Assembly: GCA_043747615.1 (NCBI GenBank)
Contig: JAYTOU010000064.1
Span: 1-64,000, forward strand
Origin: Myxococcales bacterium
GTDB taxonomy: Bacteria > Myxococcota_A > Polyangia > Polyangiales > Polyangiaceae
Direction of reading: 5' to 3'
Length of the DNA: 64,000 nt
Below are positions 57,296 through 64,000 of this stretch, one piece after another. The stretch's first letter is position 1, and each line of letters starts with the position of its first letter. The notes below the pieces were generated by a model. The model ran no database searches. It saw only the letters and a list, made by a program, of their open reading frames with translations, and was not told the DNA's origin. The position numbers and the translations under genes were made by a program.

Positions 57296-59058
57296 AACGG
57301 CTGGCGCTCGCCCTCGAGGCTACCCGACTGAGTCGCTCGCGGATCGCGAAGGAAGAAGCCCTTGCCGCCGCCTTCGCCGACCTCGGTCGCGATGTCCACG
57401 ACGAAGACGGGGTTGGGCTGGCGACGGCGGTGCGACTTGCCGCGGGACGAACCCTCCCCGTGGGTGATTCGCGCCCGCTCGGTGCTGGCTACTCGCTGAT
57501 GATGGAGATCGTCGTGCTCGCCACGGGATTTTCCGCCGGCGTGGTGTCGGCGTGCGCGCGTCGCACCGGGGATCTCGGCGAAGCGTTCGCACTTCTCGCC
57601 GCCCGTGACGATCGAGCGGTGGCGCGTCCCGGACTCACGCTGCCGCAGGTAGCCGATCTCTTCGACGCCCTCGCCTCCACGGGAAATAGGCTGGAGAAAC
57701 GCGGGCGCCTCGAGGAAGCGTTCAAGCGTACGACCCCGCTCGAGATGAAATATTTGGCGAAGGCCCTGCTCGGGTCGCTGCGCGTCGGCGCGCAGATTGG
57801 CGTGATCGAGGGGGCGCTTGCCCGAGCGTTCGAGGTGCCCATCGAGGAGCTGCGAAGGGCCGCGGCGCTCGTCACCGATCCGGGGATCGTCGCCGTGCTC
57901 GCGCGCGACGGGAGGCTCGATGCAGCGCATCTCATTCTCGGTCGACCGGTCGCTTACATGCTTGCCACTCCGATCGAGACCATCAAGGCAGAGATCGATC
58001 CGGCCCTCCATGTGATGGAGGACAAGATCGACGGCGTGCGCGCGCAGATCCACAAGGTGGACGGCGAGGTGCGAATCTTCGCGCGCGGACTCGAGCAAGT
58101 CACCGACACCTTCCCCGACGTCGTCTCTGGATTTCTCACCGCAGAGGGGGATTTTGCCTTAGATGGTGAGCTCGTCGCCCTGAAGGACGATGGGCGCCCG
58201 CGCCCCTTTCAAGCGCTTCAGGTGCGCCTTCGTCGTGTCTCTCCCGACCCCTCGCTCGTGGAGGCGACCCCGGTGTCCTTCATAGCTTACGACCTTCTCG
58301 CCGACGGAGAGCGCGATCTTCTCTCCGTTCCGTGGCGGGACCGACGGGCGTGCCTCGAAGAATTCGCCAAGGCTCGCGCGCCGCGAGGACGCGTCTTCCT
58401 CCTCAATCCGGTTCAAGCGTTCAACGCCGACGACGCCTCTTTCATCGAAAAGCTCGACCTCGCCTTCGTCGCCGCACGAGGCCGCGGTCACGAAGGCCTT
58501 GTCCTCAAACGGCTAGATTCTCCGTACGAAGCGGGTCGCCGCGGCCAGGCTTGGATCAAAGTGAAGCGGGCCTTCGCCACGCTCGATGTCGTGGTCACCG
58601 CGGTCGAGGAAGGACATGGTCGGCGCGCCGGCGTCCTGTCGGACTATACCTTCGCGGTCTGGCGTGGCGAGGAGCTCGTCAACGTGGGGAAGGCGTACAG
58701 CGGGCTCACCGATCTCGAGATCGAAGAGATGACTCGACGGCTCGAGCAGCTCACCATCGAGCGCGTCGGCGGCGTGCACCTCGTTCGCCCCGAGATCGTC
58801 CTCGAGGTGGCCTTCGACGGCGTCCAACCTTCGTCCCGCCACGGCAGCGGTTTCGCCCTTAGATTCCCGCGTATCTTGCGCATACGTCAGGACAAGGCAC
58901 CGGCTGACGCAGACACCATCGACGCCGTCGAGGCTCTCTTCTCCTCGCAAGTGGAGACCGGCCATCGCGAGCGAGGTCCTGCTCGCAAGCCAAGCAAGAA
59001 AGGAAAAAGCTCCGCTCAATTGAGTCTCTTCGGCGACGCGGTGAAGCCGAAAGAGTAG
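57292..59058 (+). CDS. ATP-dependent DNA ligase
   Basis: EDKIDG, LDGE, YDLL, EGLVLK, WIKVK, LRFPR..RIRQDK; GTGA coupling. Confidence 0.95.
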   Translation: MKRLALALEATRLSRSRIAKEEALAAAFADLGRDVHDEDGVGLATAVRLAAGRTLPVGDSRPLGAGYSLMMEIVVLATGFSAGVVSACARRTGDLGEAFALLAARDDRAVARPGLTLPQVADLFDALASTGNRLEKRGRLEEAFKRTTPLEMKYLAKALLGSLRVGAQIGVIEGALARAFEVPIEELRRAAALVTDPGIVAVLARDGRLDAAHLILGRPVAYMLATPIETIKAEIDPALHVMEDKIDGVRAQIHKVDGEVRIFARGLEQVTDTFPDVVSGFLTAEGDFALDGELVALKDDGRPRPFQALQVRLRRVSPDPSLVEATPVSFIAYDLLADGERDLLSVPWRDRRACLEEFAKARAPRGRVFLLNPVQAFNADDASFIEKLDLAFVAARGRGHEGLVLKRLDSPYEAGRRGQAWIKVKRAFATLDVVVTAVEEGHGRRAGVLSDYTFAVWRGEELVNVGKAYSGLTDLEIEEMTRRLEQLTIERVGGVHLVRPEIVLEVAFDGVQPSSRHGSGFALRFPRILRIRQDKAPADADTIDAVEALFSSQVETGHRERGPARKPSKKGKSSAQLSLFGDAVKPKE

Positions 59059-59187
59059 CGAGCTTGGTCGTTGCCGTTTGCCACACCTGAGGCGACTTTG
59101 GGCAAGCGCTAAGAGCTCCTCCGGATGATCCCTCGGCCGCGCGCGCCGCTGCTGCGGACACGAATTTGCATTCGGCCGTCAGAGATC

Positions 59188-60189
59188 ATGACCGCCCGAA
59201 CTTTGTCGCCCCATGAGGTCGCCGCTGAGCGCTCGCCGCTACGCGAGCGTCCTCAGGCGGACGATGCGACGCCGCGAATCCCTCCCGATCGAAATGAGGC
59301 AATGCTCGAGCTCGGGGGACGGCGGGTTCGGCTCACCAATCTGCAGAAAATTATCTTCGCGCAGAGCGGGATCACCAAGGGCGCGCTCATCCAGTACTAC
59401 CTGGATGCAGCGCCGGTCCTGCTCCCCCACCTAGCGCAGCGCGCCATGGTGATGAAGCGCTACCCGGACGGCGCGAGCGGGAAATTCTTTTTTATGAAGC
59501 GCGCTCCCTTGCCGCGACCGAAGTGGATTCACACGTGTCAGATCGAGGACTCCAGCGGGAGCGCGTTCGAGCTCCCCATCGTCGACGACCTGGCGTCGCT
59601 CGCGTGGGTCGTGAATCTCGGCTGTATCGATCTCCATCCTTGGTACGTCCGCTGTGACGATCTCGAGCGGCCTGATTATCTGCATTTCGACCTCGATCCC
59701 GGGGAAGCGTCTTTCGACCGCGCGTGTGAGGTGGCCCTCGTCCTTCACGAAGCTCTCAGCGCTTTGCGGATTCCGAACTACGTGAAGACGAGCGGCTCGA
59801 CAGGCCTGCACGTCTACGTGCCGCTTTTGCGCGGGCCGACGAAGAAGGAAGTTTGGAGCGTGGCGAAGGCGCTGGCGCGGGAGCTCGCGGAGCGCAATCC
59901 CAAGACGATCACCGCCGAGTACCGGATCGCAAACCGCCCTCCCGGTCGCGTCCTCATCGACTACAACCAAAACTCGTCGGAGCGTACGCTGGCCTCGGTC
60001 TACTCCGTTCGTCCGGTGCCGCGCGCTACGGTCTCTACGCCGCTCACGTGGAACGAGCTCTCGGCGGGCGTGACCGTCGATTCTTTCCGACTCGAGGTCG
60101 CCCCCGCGCGCTGGAGAAAGCTCGGAGACCTCTGGGCTCCTCTCTCCCCGTCGGCGCCGGGGCGCTTCGATCTCACGAAGGTGGAGTGA
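59188..60189 (+). CDS. Stand-alone LigD polymerase (primase-polymerase) domain protein
   Basis: LTNLQK, KRYPDG, FDLDPG, KTSGSTGLH, IDYNQN, YSVR; start uncertain (59188 or 59302). Confidence 0.9.
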   Translation: MTARTLSPHEVAAERSPLRERPQADDATPRIPPDRNEAMLELGGRRVRLTNLQKIIFAQSGITKGALIQYYLDAAPVLLPHLAQRAMVMKRYPDGASGKFFFMKRAPLPRPKWIHTCQIEDSSGSAFELPIVDDLASLAWVVNLGCIDLHPWYVRCDDLERPDYLHFDLDPGEASFDRACEVALVLHEALSALRIPNYVKTSGSTGLHVYVPLLRGPTKKEVWSVAKALARELAERNPKTITAEYRIANRPPGRVLIDYNQNSSERTLASVYSVRPVPRATVSTPLTWNELSAGVTVDSFRLEVAPARWRKLGDLWAPLSPSAPGRFDLTKVE

Positions 60190-60207
60190 CCTCGACTCGG
60201 CCTCGGC

Positions 60208-60600
60208 TCAGCGGCCGAGGAGCTCGCGGATCTTCTTCGTCAGGGCATCGGGCATGCAGGGCTTCACGAGGAGCGCCGTGTAGCCTGGGTTCTCGCCTTC
60301 GCTCACGGAGTGCCCCGTGAGCGCGATGATCGGCGTCGCCCGGGTGCGCTCGTCGTTCTTGAGGCGACGGATCGCTTCCCAGCCGTCGAGCACGGGAAGC
60401 GAGAGATCCATCACCACGACCGCAGGCAGAAGCGAAAAAGCCATGTCCAGGCCCTGCTGCCCGTCGGCCGCCTCTGCCACCCGGTAGCCCGCCAACGTCA
60501 ACGAATGAACGTAGAGGAACCGACTGTCCTCGTAATCGTCCACGAGGAGAATGAGCGGCGCGTCAGCATTGGTGGGGGTGGTCGGCACAGCAGCTCGCAC
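60208..60600 (-). CDS. Single-domain response regulator (DivK/CheY-like)
   Basis: LLVDD, VMDLSLPVLDG, LTG, KP; start uncertain. Confidence 0.9.
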   Translation of the reverse strand: MRAAVPTTPTNADAPLILLVDDYEDSRFLYVHSLTLAGYRVAEAADGQQGLDMAFSLLPAVVVMDLSLPVLDGWEAIRRLKNDERTRATPIIALTGHSVSEGENPGYTALLVKPCMPDALTKKIRELLGR

Positions 60601-60628
60601 ACTACTATACAGTCGACGAGGCCGACTC

Positions 60629-61945
60629 ATGGATTCGCTCCTCGCCGCCCGCGCCCAGATGGAAGTCAGCCTGGCGTTTCACATGATCTTCTCGGCGATT
60701 GGCATCGCACTACCGATATTCATGTGCATCGCAGAGGGGCTGCATATCCGGACCGGCGAAGCGCACTACCGCGAGCTCGCGCAAAAATGGGGAAAGGCGA
60801 CCTCCCTTCTTTTTGCAATCGGAGCCGTGTCGGGTACGGCGCTTTCATTCGAGCTCGGCCTTCTGTGGCCGCGGTTCATGGCGTTCGCCGGCGCCATCAT
60901 CGGCTCGGCATTCGCCCTCGAGGGTTACGCCTTCTTCCTCGAAGCGATCTTCCTCGGCCTCTACCTTTACGGATGGGAGCGTCTTTCCCCTCGGACTCAT
61001 TGGCTCTGCGGGCTGTGCGTTGCGGTGAGCGGAACCATGTCCGGCGTGCTCGTGATCGCTGCGAATGCGTGGATGCAAGTCCCCGGAGGCTTCGTCCTCG
61101 AAGCGGGTCGTCCAGAGCACATCGATCCGCTGGCTCCGTTCAAGAGCCCCGCGTGGATGACGATGTCCGTGCACACCACGCTCGCCGCGTACATCGCGGT
61201 CGGTTTTGCGATCGCGGGGATCTATGCGCTCGGTGTGATTCGGGGACGGAAAGACGCCTACCACCGCTCGGCTATTTCGATCGCGCTCGCTGTCGCCGCG
61301 TCCGCTGCGCTTGCCCAGATCGTGAGCGGCGACGTGAGCGCTCGTATGGTCGCTCGGTACCAACCGGTGAAGCTCGCGGCGATGGAGGCGCACTACGTTA
61401 CCTCGGGCAACGTGCCTCTTGTCGTCGGCGGTCTCGTCGACGCAGAACACGGTGAGGTGCGATACGGGCTAAAAATACCTTCTGGACTGAGCTTGCTCGT
61501 TGCCCACGACCGCGACGCCACGATCCCTGGCCTCGACCGTGCACCGCGGAGCGAGCGTCCTCCGGTGGGCGTGGTGCATGCGGCCTTCGACGTAATGGTG
61601 GCGTGCGGCTTTGCTCTCGCTGGGCTCGGCTGCTGGTTCGCGCTCATGCGTCTCCGCCGGCGCACGGATTTCGCCGAGTCACGGTGGCTCCTTCGGGCGC
61701 TCGTCGTCGCCTCTCCGCTGGGTTTCGTCGCCCTCGAAGCTGGCTGGATGGTAGCGGAGGTCGGTCGGCAACCGTGGGTGATCGATCACGTCATGCGCAC
61801 CGCGGACGCGGTCACCCCAGCGCAAGGTGTCCCTCTGACGTTCTTCGTATTTTGCGTTCTCTACGCTCTCCTCGGGACGGTGCTCGTGGTTCTTCTGCGA
61901 CGCCTCGCCACCGGTCGCGCTGACGCTCCTCATCATGCAGAGTGA
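60629..61945 (+). CDS. cydA: Cytochrome bd-type oxidase subunit I (short Q-loop)
   Basis: AFHMIF, NAWMQ, QPVKLAAME, EAGWMVAEVGRQPW. Confidence 0.94.
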   Translation: MDSLLAARAQMEVSLAFHMIFSAIGIALPIFMCIAEGLHIRTGEAHYRELAQKWGKATSLLFAIGAVSGTALSFELGLLWPRFMAFAGAIIGSAFALEGYAFFLEAIFLGLYLYGWERLSPRTHWLCGLCVAVSGTMSGVLVIAANAWMQVPGGFVLEAGRPEHIDPLAPFKSPAWMTMSVHTTLAAYIAVGFAIAGIYALGVIRGRKDAYHRSAISIALAVAASAALAQIVSGDVSARMVARYQPVKLAAMEAHYVTSGNVPLVVGGLVDAEHGEVRYGLKIPSGLSLLVAHDRDATIPGLDRAPRSERPPVGVVHAAFDVMVACGFALAGLGCWFALMRLRRRTDFAESRWLLRALVVASPLGFVALEAGWMVAEVGRQPWVIDHVMRTADAVTPAQGVPLTFFVFCVLYALLGTVLVVLLRRLATGRADAPHHAE

Positions 61946-62930
61946 GACCCTCCTCGCCGGAGTCGCCCTCTTTGCGGTGATCGCCTACGGCGTTCTCGCG
62001 GGAGCCGATTTCGGCGGCGGCATCTGGGACATTCTCGCGAGCGGGCCGTACCGGGGCGAGCAGCGAGCGACGATCGCTAGAGCGATGGGGCCCGTGTGGG
62101 AGGCGAACCACGTGTGGCTGATCTTTCTCATCGTGATTCTCTTCTCGGGATTCCCGCCCGCATATGCCGCGCTCAGCGTGGGCCTCTTCGTTCCGCTCCA
62201 CCTCGTTCTTCTCGGCATCACGCTCCGCGGCGGTGCGTTCGTGTTCCGCGCTCACGGCGGCGCAGGTGGCGCCTCACTCCTATGGGGGGCGGTTTTCGGC
62301 GGGGCGAGCCTGATCACGCCGGTGCTTCTGGGTATGTCACTCGGGGCGGTGTCCGCCGGAAATCTCCGCATCCATGACGGGGTCGTGGCCCTGGGCGGAC
62401 CCGCATCGTGGACGTCACCGATCTCGATCGCCATGGGGCTCCTTGCCCTCAGCATCTGCGCGTACCTCGCGGCGGTCTTTCTCACGAACGAGACGACGGG
62501 TGCCCTCCAAGAAATTTTTCGCAGGAAGGCCCTCATCGCCGGCACGTTCGTGGTTGCCCTCGCGGCGCTCGCCGTACCGCTCACCCGGTTCGAGGCGCAG
62601 CACCTCTACGATGGGCTCACCAGCGTGCGCGGAGCGGGCGTCATCGGCGGTGGCGTCATTGCCGCGCTCTTGTCAGGGATCGCACTTCTCACCCGCCGCT
62701 TCCGGCTTGCACGCCGCGCCGCCGTCGTTCAAGTGGCGTTGCTCCTCGGAGGCTGGGGTGTCGCGCAGTATCCGTATTTGATCTATCCGGACCTCACGCT
62801 CGCCGCCGCACGAGCGCCCGAGGCGACGCTCCAGTTCGTTCTGTGGACCTTGCCTTTTGGTACTGCGGTGCTCGCTCCGTCGATCTGGTTTCTCTTCAGG
62901 GTCTTCAAATCGACGGTGCCGAAAAGTTAA
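61935..62930 (+). CDS. cydB: Cytochrome bd-type oxidase subunit II
   Basis: GADFGGG, PVWEANHVWL, FP.AY, LRG.AFVFR. Confidence 0.93.
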   Translation: MQSETLLAGVALFAVIAYGVLAGADFGGGIWDILASGPYRGEQRATIARAMGPVWEANHVWLIFLIVILFSGFPPAYAALSVGLFVPLHLVLLGITLRGGAFVFRAHGGAGGASLLWGAVFGGASLITPVLLGMSLGAVSAGNLRIHDGVVALGGPASWTSPISIAMGLLALSICAYLAAVFLTNETTGALQEIFRRKALIAGTFVVALAALAVPLTRFEAQHLYDGLTSVRGAGVIGGGVIAALLSGIALLTRRFRLARRAAVVQVALLLGGWGVAQYPYLIYPDLTLAAARAPEATLQFVLWTLPFGTAVLAPSIWFLFRVFKSTVPKS

Positions 62931-64000
62931 GCTCGAGCGCTCGTCTCGCCACCTTTGGTGAACGTCGCGAGGAGGGCGAGGGGGGCCCACAACGGAAAGA
63001 GAAGCGGTACGCAACGCGCGACCATCGCCAGGGCGCGGATTCCCGTGGCCCGCGTTCCATCGCGTCGCACGATCACGATCGAATGACCTTTTCGCACGCC
63101 ATCTGGCTCCCATCGCTTCACGTCGAAACGCGCCAGCCAGTCCAACGCGCCCACGAGGTGCGCGCCGAAGACTCCTGACGTGCGTGATGGATCGAATAAA
63201 AATTTTCGAGCGTGCGTGTCCGGCGTTGCGAAGAGCGCGTAGGTCGCGAGCGTGAGCCAGGTGAACAGCTCCACCTTGCTCGTCACCTCGATGGTCAGAT
63301 GAAACATGACGCCCCACCACAGAGCGATGACGCGCGTCCTTCGCAGCCACAGCCCCACTGCCAGGAAGATCTCGGTGGCGATCGCCAGCTTGGCGAGCGC
63401 GCTCGTGGACATGGGCCGCGAAAAGAGCTCGACGACGGAGTTGGGCACCCCGCGGGCCACGGCCTCGTTTCCATAGCGCGCGAACCGATCGCCAATTACC
63501 AGCCCGTTGCGCCAGTCGTCGTCGAAGAGCTTGGATCCGCCCGAGGCGAGGTAGATGATCGAGACTTGCGCTTGCGCGAGACGCTGCGCCCAGAGGAGGC
63601 CGCTTCGGCTCTCGGTTGACCCCGTGATCACGAGCGCGCGATCGCAAGGCGCGAACGCGAGCAGAAACGCAAAGCACACGAGCGCGTAGCGGTTGTGATG
63701 AAACTGCAATCGATCGCAGAGCAGAACGTAGAGTCCGAGAACGGCGCTCGAGAAGAGCGCCACGCGTGCGCGGTGACCGACGGCGACCAGGACCGCGAGC
63801 AGTAGCTGGATGGCGACGATCAAGATGTAGATCGGGCGCGCCGGAACTAGCGCGGCAGGGATCAGCGGGAGATGGAAGACGTCGCCGAAGTAGCCGTTGT
63901 CTTCGAGCCTGCGTGCGGCTCCGAGGGTCTGCCAAAAGAGCAGCGCACCGACAGCCACGCGCACCAGCCCGAGGAGATACGTGTCGCCGACCTCCGTTTG
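62927..64000 (-). CDS. HTTM domain protein with C-terminal DCC1-like region; 5' end probably outside window
   Basis: FHHNRY, IYLASGGSKL..DW.NG, GVMFHL HTTM pattern; frame is open up to the right edge. Confidence 0.75.
   Translation of the reverse strand, partial: QTEVGDTYLLGLVRVAVGALLFWQTLGAARRLEDNGYFGDVFHLPLIPAALVPARPIYILIVAIQLLLAVLVAVGHRARVALFSSAVLGLYVLLCDRLQFHHNRYALVCFAFLLAFAPCDRALVITGSTESRSGLLWAQRLAQAQVSIIYLASGGSKLFDDDWRNGLVIGDRFARYGNEAVARGVPNSVVELFSRPMSTSALAKLAIATEIFLAVGLWLRRTRVIALWWGVMFHLTIEVTSKVELFTWLTLATYALFATPDTHARKFLFDPSRTSGVFGAHLVGALDWLARFDVKRWEPDGVRKGHSIVIVRRDGTRATGIRALAMVARCVPLLFPLWAPLALLATFTKGGETSARA

Overview
High-GC, gene-dense bacterial window. The gene repertoire (STAND-like Ser/Thr kinase, FHA-DUF4388, stand-alone MshEN protein, giant zincin lipoprotein, Cys-rich lipoproteins, TPR sigma54 activator) suggests a myxobacterium, probably Polyangiaceae-like; this taxonomy is inference. 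Positions 1-8.7 kb hold the start of an NRPS cluster: an A-T-C-A-T-C-A... gene running off the left edge (absent from the ORF track) plus two tandem methyltransferases. The cluster lies directly 3' of tRNA-Pro(TGG), with a perfect IHF consensus between them, which suggests a tRNA-anchored island. The rest is mostly core or semi-core genes: a lipid catabolism group (SDR, GH1 lipoprotein, SCP2, CaiB/AMACR), a kinase/phosphatase operon, upp-like, hisD, kdd-fhs, nadD, ccmB, Ddl-like + GNAT, pdaD, gltX, SLT, vWA, a ligase/nuclease/LigD-POL repair trio, cydAB and an HTTM protein. The best candidate for an undescribed system is at 32.3-38.6 kb. A receiver-less TPR sigma54 activator is translationally coupled to a small lipoprotein carrying two identical GGPNEPDPSPW repeats, followed by a multi-TM GAF histidine kinase, which may form a peptide-signalling module. 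No CRISPR array, rRNA, transposase or integrase was seen. All family calls come from reading motifs by eye, not from database searches.
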